A DNA stretch of 64,000 nucleotides, taken from positions 85,292 through 149,291 of IMG/VR virus record IMGVR_UViG_3300045919_000302; one strand, written 5' to 3'. The position numbers and the translations under genes are program-made. Positions 1 through 9,508 of the stretch are shown one piece after another; the stretch's first letter is position 1; each line of letters starts with the position of its first letter. Below the pieces are notes generated by a model. It saw only the letters and a list, made by a program, of their open reading frames with translations. It did no database searches and was not told the DNA's origin. This DNA is from a virus.

Positions 1-820
1 CTGTGCCGTTCTCCCGCATCTGGTCGTACATCCGCCGGGTCTCGGTGCTGTCCGAATCGAGCCCCAAGTTATCGCAAAAGTCGTAGAAGCTTTCCTCGGC
101 GAGCCGGGCGTCTGTGCCCAGACCTCCGAGCACCCCGATGGCCGTGGGATTGCGCGGCTTGCCGGACTTATCGACATGAGCCTTACCCATGCTGAAGAAC
201 GCGCTCAGGGTCTTGCCCTTCATCGCCAGCCTTACGGACCAGTTGTTGGCCCAAGAGCTGTCTTCCATGTTCGGGTTCGAGTGGACCGGCAGACACTCAA
301 TCGAGATCCCGTTGCGCTCAGCGAGATTTTTCACTTGAGGAGCAGTGCTTTCCAGGGCCGAAACGATCGATCGAAGCTCCGCTAGAACCTCTCCTGGGAT
401 CTCCTCCATGAGCCACGCCTTGCCATATTTATAGGGCTGGCCTTCATGGATATACTCCTGGTCTGGGTTCAGGCCGGCATCGGCCAAAGCCTTAGATGCC
501 AAAGTGTAATAATCGGTGACACGTTTGGGCGTCTTGTCTGGATCGATACTCTTGAGGAAAGCCATCTGCCGAGGAGATCCAGCCCGCATGTCATTCAGGT
601 GGTAGAGATCCCAGATCTGGCAGAGCCGCACGATGTTCGGACTGTCCTTGAATCGGTCGCGGATCTCGTCCACAACCTGGCCACAGCTGATTGCGTCGGT
701 GCCTGACTTGTTCCAGACGGTACCCGAGATGCTCAACCGCGCATGGGTGAGTCGAATCTCGACAGACACGTCAGAGGAAAGATAGATCGGCTTAGCGGAC
801 AGAGGGGATGACTTATTCAT
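1..820 (-). CDS. phage hypothetical protein (3' end runs off the window)
   Basis: Not in ORF track; manual translation from ATG at 820 (AGGAG SD) is open to base 1: MNKSSPLSAKP...WDLYHLNDMRAGSPRQ...YKYGKAWLMEEIP... Confidence 0.8.
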   Translation of the reverse strand, partial: MNKSSPLSAKPIYLSSDVSVEIRLTHARLSISGTVWNKSGTDAISCGQVVDEIRDRFKDSPNIVRLCQIWDLYHLNDMRAGSPRQMAFLKSIDPDKTPKRVTDYYTLASKALADAGLNPDQEYIHEGQPYKYGKAWLMEEIPGEVLAELRSIVSALESTAPQVKNLAERNGISIECLPVHSNPNMEDSSWANNWSVRLAMKGKTLSAFFSMGKAHVDKSGKPRNPTAIGVLGGLGTDARLAEESFYDFCDNLGLDSDSTETRRMYDQMRENGT

Positions 821-909
821 GAGCGCTCCTTGATCAATTTGACGGTAGGCTTCTTCTGCTTCAGCTTTGTCCAAACTGAACGAGGAAGCCTGTACTGTTG
901 GGAGTCCAT
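817..909 (-). CDS. small basic protein (30 aa)
   Basis: MDSQQYRLPRSVWTKLKQKKPTVKLIKERS; GGGAG SD; ATGA overlap with next gene. Confidence 0.5.
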   Translation of the reverse strand: MDSQQYRLPRSVWTKLKQKKPTVKLIKERS

Positions 910-929
910 GAAAGTCTCCCTTGACGCAG

Positions 930-959
930 AGCATCTCACATAGCGTAATCAAAAGTCAA
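930..959 (-). promoter_or_regulatory. sigma70-like promoter, phage motif family
   Basis: TTGACT-TTTGATTACGCTATGTGA-GATGCT; shares TTGATTAC spacer motif with promoters at 22.7 and 33.4 kb. Confidence 0.5.
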
Positions 960-1031
960 CAATGACCAACGAACGATAAATATCTGTGTTTACAGCAGGA
1001 TAATCAAGCTGACGTAAAGCTATTTGTAAAG

Positions 1032-1487
1032 TCAGGCCGCCTGATCAAAGGCGTGATCATATACGCCATCCCAGCAATTCGGATCCGTTGGGCGATTGGC
1101 ATTCGGGACGGAAATTCGCTTGCCGCTCGCGGGAGGCGCGATGGCGAAATGAACCCATCCCTTGGTGTACCGGAAGTCCTCGAAGTAGAGGCCGAGCTTC
1201 TGCATCAGCGGGAGATTCGCGAGCACCCAGGCGCGGAGTTTTCCGTCCGGATCCGAGATGTCGCAGGCCAGGCCCTTCATGTGATTCGAGTGAGTAGCAG
1301 CCCCAGGAGTTGAGGAATTGATCGCGGCCGGACGCCAGCCTGAGTCCACGATCATGGGAAGACCGTAGGCCGCCCTTACGAGGTTCATTTGGATCAGGAG
1401 ACGATCCAGATTGGTGCTGATCTCAGCCGTATATTCCTGGGGGTATTGCTTATCCCGACCCTTGAGTAGCTCGTCTTTTAAAATCAC
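1032..1487 (-). CDS. peptidase M15 family endolysin-like protein
   Basis: SGWR...N...GAATHSNHMKGLACDI...WVH motifs; start reassigned to GTG 1487 (AAGGAGG SD). Confidence 0.85.
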   Translation of the reverse strand: MILKDELLKGRDKQYPQEYTAEISTNLDRLLIQMNLVRAAYGLPMIVDSGWRPAAINSSTPGAATHSNHMKGLACDISDPDGKLRAWVLANLPLMQKLGLYFEDFRYTKGWVHFAIAPPASGKRISVPNANRPTDPNCWDGVYDHAFDQAA

Positions 1488-1597
1488 CGTGGCCTCCTTG
1501 CATTTGCACCCAATTGAACTACGATCTAGGTATCGGCGTAAACGGATTTGCTTCGATAGCGGAGGCCGGTCACGGAAGATCTGGCCCCGCTCACTCG

Positions 1598-2467
1598 CTA
1601 GAACTTTCGCTCTCTTTCCATTCTCCTTAGGCATTCGAACCCGGTCTCTCCTGGGAGCATCTCATAGCCACAGCCGGTTGCGCCGCCTTTCCAGGATCCA
1701 GTTTCTTCTCCCACCTCTTGGTCGAATTCCACAGAGATCGAACGCTCAACCTTTTTCGGTCCAAATCGAAAGGGAAGCTTATGGAATATTTTCCACCGCC
1801 ACTCACGCTCCTCGATGTGGAACTTCACCTTCCTGTACTGGATCTCTCCGCTCTTCAGCGTATACGTGTAGTTCCCAAGAAAGATGGCCCGGTGGTCCGG
1901 AAAGTCTTCGTCTTTGAAGTCGAAGTACCCTACCTTGGGATTTTTCTTTCTCTCCTTACGAATGGCCTGGCACCGCTGCTCATAGGTGGACATGTTCCAT
2001 TTGCCGTCAGCGGTCAGTACGACGTGCCTGACGCTCGCGCCCCAGTCCCACGGGAAATGGAAGTGCTTGCTGTAGCCGTACTTCTTTTTGTCGCTTCCAC
2101 TTGCGGCGCAGGTGTGGCCCCAGTGCCAAACGAAGGTGTCCTTGTATGAGTAAAACCCCCAATCTCTGCCATGCGAGTCCTCAAACCATCTCGGGTTCTG
2201 GACCTCTCCGCGCTTGAACCATCCAATGGCCCACCTCTTCGGAAGGAGTCTGTGAAAGGTCAGGTAGAGAGAGCAGCCAAGAATGGCGACAGCCAACTGG
2301 ACCGCACGATCGTCCTGGCCACCCAGAGTGACCATGCACCTGACGAGCGGGTCCGCCCTCTTCCGGCTGATGTGATACTCCCATCGCCAACTGTTCGCCC
2401 AGCCGCGCCAGTGGCTGATGCTACTCTTGCGACTGTTTGGATGATCCAGCAGGTTCTGTGATCTCAT
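1598..2467 (-). CDS. hypothetical protein (Trp-rich)
   Basis: 289 aa ORF coupled by ATGA overlap to ParB gene. Confidence 0.7.
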   Translation of the reverse strand: MRSQNLLDHPNSRKSSISHWRGWANSWRWEYHISRKRADPLVRCMVTLGGQDDRAVQLAVAILGCSLYLTFHRLLPKRWAIGWFKRGEVQNPRWFEDSHGRDWGFYSYKDTFVWHWGHTCAASGSDKKKYGYSKHFHFPWDWGASVRHVVLTADGKWNMSTYEQRCQAIRKERKKNPKVGYFDFKDEDFPDHRAIFLGNYTYTLKSGEIQYRKVKFHIEEREWRWKIFHKLPFRFGPKKVERSISVEFDQEVGEETGSWKGGATGCGYEMLPGETGFECLRRMERERKF

Positions 2468-3222
2468 TTGGTCATCTCCGCCAGAGTTTTGATCAGAGCG
2501 GGCTCCAGGTACTCGTTGATGTTTCTGTTCTGCTCTGAAGCGAGCCTCGACAGAGTTTTGATCGCTTCGAACACGTTGTCGTTCGCGTTGAGCAGGACGG
2601 TTTCACTCTTGCCGTTCATGAAGATCACGCAGCCGTGGGTCACCATCTCGGCATGGTTTTTCATGATGCGCTGAACGCTTTTGGCAAACTTATCGAAGCT
2701 GCCACCAGCTCTCTCCTCGGCTTTCTCGATCTGGCTTTCCACGTCGTGACCGAGACCCTTCATCTCCTTCTTGACGCTCTTGGTGAGCTTCTTCCATAGA
2801 CTCTTGTCCGTCACGGCGAAGATGTCCTGGAGCTTTTCGGTTCCGAACTTCTGCGAAAGACGCTCATAGTCCTTCATGAACTTCTCTGGGTTCTGAGATC
2901 CCCGGAGAACGTTCAGGCGGAAGGCCACGAGCCCAAAGAGATCCTGATCGGACCACTTCTCGTCGGTGTGAACGACGGCCGGCACGTAGGTCATCCCCGC
3001 GATCTTGGCGGCCTTATACCGGTGCTCACCCCCAAGGATGATGTACTTCCCGTCCTGGGTGGGAACCACGTTGATCGGATCCAAGAAGCCGACATCCCGG
3101 ATCTCCTCCACCAGGCGCTGAAGCGTGGTCTCGGACATTTCGTTGATGTTGTGCGGATTCAGCACCAGGGCATCGACGTGGATGTCCACCGTCTTGAGAG
3201 AGCTTTCCTTGGTCATCTCCAT
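2464..3222 (-). CDS. ParB/Srx N-terminal domain protein
   Basis: LVLNPHNIN...LVEEIRDVGFLDPINV...YIILGGEHRYKAAKIAGMTYVPAVV. Confidence 0.85.
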   Translation of the reverse strand: MEMTKESSLKTVDIHVDALVLNPHNINEMSETTLQRLVEEIRDVGFLDPINVVPTQDGKYIILGGEHRYKAAKIAGMTYVPAVVHTDEKWSDQDLFGLVAFRLNVLRGSQNPEKFMKDYERLSQKFGTEKLQDIFAVTDKSLWKKLTKSVKKEMKGLGHDVESQIEKAEERAGGSFDKFAKSVQRIMKNHAEMVTHGCVIFMNGKSETVLLNANDNVFEAIKTLSRLASEQNRNINEYLEPALIKTLAEMTK

Positions 3223-4025
3223 CAGAGCACCTGATTGCCGTCGGCATCGTGGGCCGTGAGCTTCAGACTGAACACGCTCGCGTACCGACGGAGAGCCTGA
3301 AGGGCGAAGTCGATCCCCTCTGCCTCGAAGTCATTGGACCCGAGGAACTCCGCGCAGGCCAGGGCAATACACTCGGCGTTGCTCTGGATCTGGGGATTGA
3401 CCGATTTGATCTTGTCGATCGTCTGGCAGACCACCATGTAGGACTCGTGCTGAAACTGGTAGGTGATCGACTTGAGTTGATGTTCGACCGGCGTGCCTTT
3501 CACCGCGTCCTCGTTCGCCAGGGCCTGGTCCGGCTCGTTCGGCACCATCGAGGTCAGGTAACCCTTCACTTCTTTCTTGAGATCATCGGCCGTCAGGAGC
3601 TTGGCCTTCTCGACCCAGGTATCCACGTTCTCTTCGGTGACGACGCGGGTAAGGTCCTTGAGTTTGTCCCAGCCCACTTCCTTCACCTTACCGAGAAGCT
3701 GCTCGTTCTTCCCGAAGTGGAGCCAGATGTCGGCCAGGTACTTGGCCTTCGTATATTTGATGCCGAGTTCCCGGTTCGCGTACTCCTTGAAGGTCGCGTA
3801 ACCCCAACTCTCGTACCGATTCTGAACCCGTGCTGCGTGAAGGAGCATAGCCAACTCAAGGTAGTTCTCCTTGATATTGTTACAGAGAGACAGGATCCGA
3901 CGACGATGATCATCGCTGGAGATGTCCAGCTGCTTCTCCTTTTCCATTAGCACCACGGGCTGGGTGTCGGGAATAAAGTCTTCAACCAGTTCAACATCAA
4001 CCACTTCATTTTTTCTTTTCGTCAT
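3222..4025 (-). CDS. hypothetical protein with GYxTFxEY...ELG helical motif
   Basis: WGYATFKEYANRELGIKYTKAKYL; start at MTKRK (4025) gives ATGA overlap. Confidence 0.7.
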   Translation of the reverse strand: MTKRKNEVVDVELVEDFIPDTQPVVLMEKEKQLDISSDDHRRRILSLCNNIKENYLELAMLLHAARVQNRYESWGYATFKEYANRELGIKYTKAKYLADIWLHFGKNEQLLGKVKEVGWDKLKDLTRVVTEENVDTWVEKAKLLTADDLKKEVKGYLTSMVPNEPDQALANEDAVKGTPVEHQLKSITYQFQHESYMVVCQTIDKIKSVNPQIQSNAECIALACAEFLGSNDFEAEGIDFALQALRRYASVFSLKLTAHDADGNQVL

Positions 4026-4858
4026 ACCTTCCCCTTTTGGAAACACAGATTTCTTACCGGACAAGCCTTTGCTCGTGAGCAAGAGGCGGAATCGCAAACC
4101 TCTCTTGGCGGAACAATTTTGGTCCTCATTCCCTCGCGGGCCAGAGCCAGGGCTTCGAGCGCCTTTTCTATAACCGCAGGATCGTATTTCACCTCGAACA
4201 TCGCAAGCAGAGACTCATCCTTATCCATGTAAAGAATGATTCCCTCCTTAAGCCCGGTGAGCCACATGTAGAGCTGGGTTTGAAGGACGTGGGCTGGCTG
4301 CGGCCGACGCTTCATGTCCGCCACGAGCTTGAACTGCATGGCGTTGCAGGTCTTCAGCTCAAGGACTTTCTTTTTCTTCCCAATCCGGAGAATGCCGTCC
4401 ACGTGGGCAGTCACCCCGTGAAGTAGATCAGCGGGCTCGATCTCAATGTAAAAGAAGTCGGTTCCCTGGCACTGTCCAGTCGGGCACTCCAGCCCGCAAG
4501 TCTTTGGCCTGAGAGAATCCTTGTGAACTCGGTGACATCTCCGGCAGAGCCAGTGGCCCTCAAGCCAGCCCCACTGACCGAACCATTCGTTCTGAGCCAG
4601 GGTATGAAAGGCTTTGCCGATGTCGAAGATCCTGCGGAGTCGGGGCTCGATCTTCTCGACCTTACTGATCTGATGGATATGCCTGAGTACCTCCTCCCGT
4701 GGGCAAAGCTTGACGAGCCTTGAGACCCGGTAGGTCTGATCCGCCGTCGGGGGTGGTATGACCTCCTCCGAAGCAAGCTTCAGGTTCATCTCCTGGATGA
4801 GATCAAAAAATGGTTCGGGCTCTTCGAACGCCGCCCGTAGTGCATCTGCAAGAGCCAT
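4022..4858 (-). CDS. Cas4-like PD-(D/E)XK exonuclease
   Basis: N-terminal CPR, GxxxH, HVDG...ELKT, QxxxY, C-terminal C...C...CPVRNLC (four-Cys Fe-S pattern). Confidence 0.85.
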   Translation of the reverse strand: MALADALRAAFEEPEPFFDLIQEMNLKLASEEVIPPPTADQTYRVSRLVKLCPREEVLRHIHQISKVEKIEPRLRRIFDIGKAFHTLAQNEWFGQWGWLEGHWLCRRCHRVHKDSLRPKTCGLECPTGQCQGTDFFYIEIEPADLLHGVTAHVDGILRIGKKKKVLELKTCNAMQFKLVADMKRRPQPAHVLQTQLYMWLTGLKEGIILYMDKDESLLAMFEVKYDPAVIEKALEALALAREGMRTKIVPPREVCDSASCSRAKACPVRNLCFQKGKV

Positions 4859-4860
4859 AG

Positions 4861-5448
4861 TTATAGCAGCCGCAAGCGCTGCATCTCCTTACGCCATTTG
4901 TCTTTGTTTTCCATGAACAGCCCGGCCACCGTCACGTAGTAGTTGATCCGTTTGATGAGCCTGTCGGTTGGTGGCGCGGAATTGCCGCCAAGCTCCGTCC
5001 AAATTTTGATGAAGGCTTGCTTCACCTTCTTGGTCTTCAGTTCCTTGGCCGTCTCGACGATCTCCTCGTCCATCTTCTGGCAGTACTTCTTCATCTCGTC
5101 CAGACCTGGAACCGTAAGGCCGACGGCCTGGATCCTGCCGAACTCTCGATACGTCTTCAAGATCGCATCAATATGTGCCGGATCCGCGTGAATAAGGTCC
5201 AACAACTGGTCAATCCGGAGTGTAAGCTTTTCGTCATGTTTCCACTCCAGGCTGCCAGTCACGGCAATATCCAAACCATCCGGCCTCTTTATAATGAAGT
5301 ATTTGTCCATCAACTGAATTCGGATATCGTCACAGTCCCAATAGGTGAACCTCACCTCTGAGCACCGCTTCGAAAGAGCCCGATCACGCTGCCGCAACTT
5401 CTGGGCGGCATTGCGAATCAGCTGAGGAACATCTACCTCAACGGTCAC
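4861..5448 (-). CDS. hypothetical protein
   Basis: 195 aa ORF in operon. Confidence 0.7.
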   Translation of the reverse strand: MTVEVDVPQLIRNAAQKLRQRDRALSKRCSEVRFTYWDCDDIRIQLMDKYFIIKRPDGLDIAVTGSLEWKHDEKLTLRIDQLLDLIHADPAHIDAILKTYREFGRIQAVGLTVPGLDEMKKYCQKMDEEIVETAKELKTKKVKQAFIKIWTELGGNSAPPTDRLIKRINYYVTVAGLFMENKDKWRKEMQRLRLL

Positions 5449-5852
5449 AGCGTTCCCTTCATCTTGAGGAGTTCGACAACCTCAATCTTCATCTTCGATT
5501 CGCAATAGCCCCGGGCAAATTCGTAAGACTCGTCAATCTCCTTCTGAACCTCGGGAGTGACCTTCTTGCCGACGGGGAGGTGAATGCTGACGCCAACCTT
5601 CCCCATGTTGTAGTTCCCGAGCGATATCGTCGCCCCCATGTCCATCGAGATGTGGATCAAACCCTCATCCTCGATGGCCACTCTGGCGACCTCAGTCTGC
5701 TCGGACTTTAAGACCTTCTGGGTCGGGACCTTCTCGCCATCTATGTACTCGGTCTTGTCAATGGTCACTTCGGTGGTTGCCTTAGCTCCGGCCGACTTGA
5801 TCTCCTTGGGCTTGTTCGCGAGCAAGACTGTCAGATCGGTACTCTTCGTCAT
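5445..5852 (-). CDS. hypothetical protein
   Basis: 135 aa ORF with overlaps on both sides. Confidence 0.7.
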   Translation of the reverse strand: MTKSTDLTVLLANKPKEIKSAGAKATTEVTIDKTEYIDGEKVPTQKVLKSEQTEVARVAIEDEGLIHISMDMGATISLGNYNMGKVGVSIHLPVGKKVTPEVQKEIDESYEFARGYCESKMKIEVVELLKMKGTL

Positions 5853-6547
5853 TGGGCCTCCACGAGCTTGGGCTTCGCCTTGCCGGGGGTAACGCGAAGA
5901 TGGGTGCCCTTCTCCAGACGGGCTCCGGGGACCGCCTTCGGATCTACCTTCAGGGCGGTCTCGATTGCCGACTTGCTGTGCTCAAGGGAGAACAACTTCT
6001 CAGCAACGCCACGCTCTTCCTTCGTCAGCTCCAGGCGATAGAAGACGTTCGCGCCCTTCTCAGCCTCGGTCAGATCCTTCCGGAACTCGACGACGCGACC
6101 GAGCTTCGCACCAATCCAGAACTGGATCATCTCTTCGTCGTAGGCGAAGGACTCGGTGAAGCTGACCTTCATGAAGCCGGTCGGGACCAGAGCTGCGTCG
6201 TCGATGATCGTGCTCGCCCTGGAGTTGTTTTGAACGCGGATGTCCCAGGAGTCTCCGTGGAGCTTCCCGCCGGCAGCCACTGCGGCCTCCTTCATGAGAT
6301 CCTCGGTGCGCTCATACATCTCCTGAAGGTAAGCGGCCTGGGCCTTGGCGGCGACGATGCCGGCTTCTAGTCCCGCCCGGAACCGGGCCGCCTGGTCCAC
6401 CTTACCGCGCAGGAGGAGGTCCGCGACCTCGCCCAGCTCCTGGACTTCATCGGGGAGGGTGCTGCCGTCTTCGGCCGATTTCTTTTCGAGGTCCGCTTTG
6501 TACTGGACCAGATCCTTCAACGTGATTCCTTTTTTCAACTCAAGCAT
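5849..6547 (-). CDS. siphovirus Gp157-like protein
   Basis: Coiled-coil N-terminus, IIDDAALVPTGFMK, KSAIETALK...VPGARLEKGTHLRV. Confidence 0.65.
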   Translation of the reverse strand: MLELKKGITLKDLVQYKADLEKKSAEDGSTLPDEVQELGEVADLLLRGKVDQAARFRAGLEAGIVAAKAQAAYLQEMYERTEDLMKEAAVAAGGKLHGDSWDIRVQNNSRASTIIDDAALVPTGFMKVSFTESFAYDEEMIQFWIGAKLGRVVEFRKDLTEAEKGANVFYRLELTKEERGVAEKLFSLEHSKSAIETALKVDPKAVPGARLEKGTHLRVTPGKAKPKLVEAQ

Positions 6548-6561
6548 CTTCTTCCCTTTCG

Positions 6562-6589
6562 TTCGGGGGCCAAGAACCTGGCACCCGTA
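6562..6589 (-). repeat. 28-bp quasi-palindromic motif, copy A
   Basis: Minus strand TACGGGTGCCAGGTTCTTGGCCCCCGAA. Confidence 0.75.
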
Positions 6590-6593
6590 AGTT

Positions 6594-8996
6594 TCACCAC
6601 CTGAACCCAGGAGGGCTCACAGTCTTCCAGTTTTTGGCCCCGTATTTTTTCTTACGCGACCGGGCATACACCATCGCCATGCGACACCCGCTGTCCACGA
6701 GATCCACGACCAGCGGTGGCTTTTTGTCCGGCCTGACGCGCAGGATCCGGCCTACCGCCTGGTAGAGCGTCCCTTGGATCGGCGAGGCCATAACCATGGT
6801 GTCCAAGCGATCGTTGTTGAATCCGACCGCCAAGAGCTGGGTCGTGGCTACGAGCACCTGGGCCTTCTCGGCGATTGCCCGTTCCTTCTTACCGATTTTC
6901 CCGTGCATCATCCCCACCACAATCCCATGGGGCTTGAGCTGCTTTGTCAGCTCCTTGAACAAGATCTCGACATGCATCACCCGCTCAGACATCACGAGGA
7001 CATGCCGGCCACTCAACGCGGCCTTCACCGCGTTGTTGATGATCACCACATTCCGGACCGGGTTGTTCGTCACCGACTTCAAGAACGGGTTCTTCTGACG
7101 ATCCAAATCTCCTTCGCCGGCCCAAATATACTTCGTATCCACGAAGTAGACGGTGGGCTCTAGGACCTTGATGTCACCCATGGCTTTCACGATCGTGCCG
7201 ATCCCATACTTGAAGACGTTTTCAGCTCTGTCCTTGCGCTCCAGCGTGCCGGAGAGGCCGAGAAAGTATTTCGGCCGGAACTTGAAGAGCACCTTCTGGA
7301 ACTCAGTCGCGCCGACGTAGTGGACCTCGTCGCAAGCGATCAGGCCGAACTCATCGTAAATGCTCTCAGGATAGTCATCCTTCATCGAGAGTGAGTGGAG
7401 CATACCGATGCAAATGTCGTTACCCTTCACATCGACCGTCGATCCCTGAATAATTCCCAGCGACCAGTTGGGGAAGAAGCGTTTGATCTCCTTGATCCAT
7501 TGCTCCATCAGCACCGTCGTGTGGACGACGATCAGGGTCTTCATCCCCATCCTGCGGGCGGTCTCAAGCGCGAGGACGGTTTTACCGCTGTTGTGGGTGA
7601 CCGTAAAATCGCCCATTACATACAGATGATCCCCATCAAGAGAGAAGCCGTAAAAATCGTCCTCAGGAAGACGCTCAACATCAAAAGCCGTCCTGAGCAC
7701 GCTCTTCTTCTGGACTCTCTTTCTCGCCCTTTTCCTGGCGAGCCTCACTGGAACGTCAGCTAATTCACCGGAGATGCACACCCGATAGTAGGTGCCTCCG
7801 TTCCCATGTTGATCTCTCTTCTGGCAAGCCTTCATGTAAGCAGCAAAGCCAAGCGATCTGGCCAAGAAAACCACGCCGGATGCAAGCCTTCTGTCTTTCG
7901 AGATGTAATCGAATGTGCCGTTTGACAAGCTGCCACCAGTGTCGACGATGCCAGCAAGAAGCCCCAGCCTGTCCTCTCGTGAGGAAGTCAGGTAAACACT
8001 GGGAATATGCTTGAATCTGGTGACATTCAAGCGCCGCAGCTTCGACAAGAAAGCGTTGCTCCCTTTCTTACACCCGACAGCCTTCACTGTGACGGCTCGA
8101 TTGTTCGGCAACTCCATCTCAACGGAACTCATACCAATCGAATAGATGTACCGATTCCAATCGAAGATCAGCTCCCTATCCATGGAAGTCAACTCTGCCC
8201 GAGCAGCGGTGCCATCGCCAAGCCAGAGGCCCAGAATGTATGGCGGGATCGGCAGCTCTTTCTTCTGAAACTCAACCGGGACACGGTAAAGTTTGTGAAC
8301 GCTTTTGAACGACTTCGAGCGCGACAAGTAGTCAGCGACTGAGATGTTCACGATCGGGTTGTCGCCCAGGTAGTCCTTTCTTGGAGATTTCGATCCGCGA
8401 GGGTAACTCCTCTTCTTCGTCCTCATGAGAGACAGAATGTGACTCTCGTTAACGACGAACGGATCCCCCTTGGTCGGGGCAATCCTGACCATGCGCTGCC
8501 TTCCGCGTTTGAGTTCGAGAACCGTCCTCGGCTTACTATCTGGACCCATGAGCTGGTCACCGACACGCACATCTTCAACACGCCTCACGGAGCCGTCGAA
8601 CATCAGGATTTCGGTTCCTTTGGCGTGACAGCCCATAGTTGCCTCGATGATCGCACCTCCGAACTCGTTCTCCTTCATGGCTGCGATGGCTCTGGAGATC
8701 ACATCCTCTTGGCCTTCGCGTGGAGCGATGGGATCCGCCGGCCTCGGCTGATTGGACCCGACGCTGTACTGGAGGACTGCTTTGGCGTCCGGAAATCTCT
8801 TCCTAACTATCTTGTTGTAGTATCCTCGCGGGACGCAGAGGTGCTGCTCATCTTCAGCCCAGAGCCGAATCGGATCCGGCATCGGATTGAAAGAGGACGT
8901 CGAGACGGGCACGACCGTCAGCTTCTCTTTAATCATCTCACGGGCGGCGTGCGGCAAATCACTTTTTGAGACACTGACAAGACCACGGTATTTCAT
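6594..8996 (-). CDS. superfamily II (UvsW-like, DEVH) helicase containing an intein
   Basis: After removing intein: ATMG/SGKT Walker A, ACDEVH, LSGT, QAVGRILR. Confidence 0.9.
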   Translation of the reverse strand: MKYRGLVSVSKSDLPHAAREMIKEKLTVVPVSTSSFNPMPDPIRLWAEDEQHLCVPRGYYNKIVRKRFPDAKAVLQYSVGSNQPRPADPIAPREGQEDVISRAIAAMKENEFGGAIIEATMGCHAKGTEILMFDGSVRRVEDVRVGDQLMGPDSKPRTVLELKRGRQRMVRIAPTKGDPFVVNESHILSLMRTKKRSYPRGSKSPRKDYLGDNPIVNISVADYLSRSKSFKSVHKLYRVPVEFQKKELPIPPYILGLWLGDGTAARAELTSMDRELIFDWNRYIYSIGMSSVEMELPNNRAVTVKAVGCKKGSNAFLSKLRRLNVTRFKHIPSVYLTSSREDRLGLLAGIVDTGGSLSNGTFDYISKDRRLASGVVFLARSLGFAAYMKACQKRDQHGNGGTYYRVCISGELADVPVRLARKRARKRVQKKSVLRTAFDVERLPEDDFYGFSLDGDHLYVMGDFTVTHNSGKTVLALETARRMGMKTLIVVHTTVLMEQWIKEIKRFFPNWSLGIIQGSTVDVKGNDICIGMLHSLSMKDDYPESIYDEFGLIACDEVHYVGATEFQKVLFKFRPKYFLGLSGTLERKDRAENVFKYGIGTIVKAMGDIKVLEPTVYFVDTKYIWAGEGDLDRQKNPFLKSVTNNPVRNVVIINNAVKAALSGRHVLVMSERVMHVEILFKELTKQLKPHGIVVGMMHGKIGKKERAIAEKAQVLVATTQLLAVGFNNDRLDTMVMASPIQGTLYQAVGRILRVRPDKKPPLVVDLVDSGCRMAMVYARSRKKKYGAKNWKTVSPPGFRW
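7590..8630 (-). mobile_element. intein (347 aa) with LAGLIDADG domain, inserted in Walker A
   Basis: Begins CHAKGTEILMFDGS, VNESHIL block B, LGLWLGDG and LAGIVDTGG, ends FTVTHN followed by Ser. Confidence 0.92.
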
Positions 8997-9017
8997 TTCT
9001 GCCTCTCAAGACAATAG

Positions 9018-9072
9018 AGAGCCCGACCCCCAGAGAGTGTGTGTGGTGGGGATATCTAGGAGCCGGGCGCTC
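9018..9072 (-). other. intergenic stem-loop with CA-rich loop
   Basis: GCCCGGCTCCTAGA pairs with TCTGGGGGTCGGGC (G-U pairs on minus strand). Confidence 0.5.
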
Positions 9073-9497
9073 TAACTTGTTACGCCAGTTTGGCCATGCT
9101 CATCTTCGCGGTGACATTTGAAACACAGCCACGTAACTTCCAGAGGCTTCGAGTAATCGTGGTGGTGAGCTTGAACCTTTTTCTCACCACACTTGCACGG
9201 CAACCGAATCAACCTGCCACCCCTGACTGCGTTATTCACTGCGGCTCTGGCTTTGTGCCTGTCTTCATGCAAGGACCTATGCTTACGCTGATATTCGAGC
9301 TTTCTTTGCTTCCTGTCTGGATCTCGCTCACGCTTGATTTCGTAAGCTTTATATTGATCTTTTCGTTCAGCGTAGTTCCCGCTTGCGTCAGCTTTTGCGC
9401 AGGTCTTGCACTTATTTAAGTGGCCATCCGCCATCCCTGAGTGACGATAAAAATCACTCAAGGATTTAGACGTCTGACACTTAAAACAAGTCTTCAT
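9072..9497 (-). CDS. free-standing HNH-type endonuclease
   Basis: KTCFKC...CKTC zinc finger; AHHHDYSKPLEVTWLCFKCH. Confidence 0.8.
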   Translation of the reverse strand: MKTCFKCQTSKSLSDFYRHSGMADGHLNKCKTCAKADASGNYAERKDQYKAYEIKRERDPDRKQRKLEYQRKHRSLHEDRHKARAAVNNAVRGGRLIRLPCKCGEKKVQAHHHDYSKPLEVTWLCFKCHREDEHGQTGVTS

Positions 9498-9508
9498 GGC
9501 TCAGCGCA

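Noticed and set aside
4022-4858. CRISPR-Cas system suggested by Cas4
   Set aside because: No repeat-spacer array or other cas genes seen; solo Cas4-like nucleases are common in phages.
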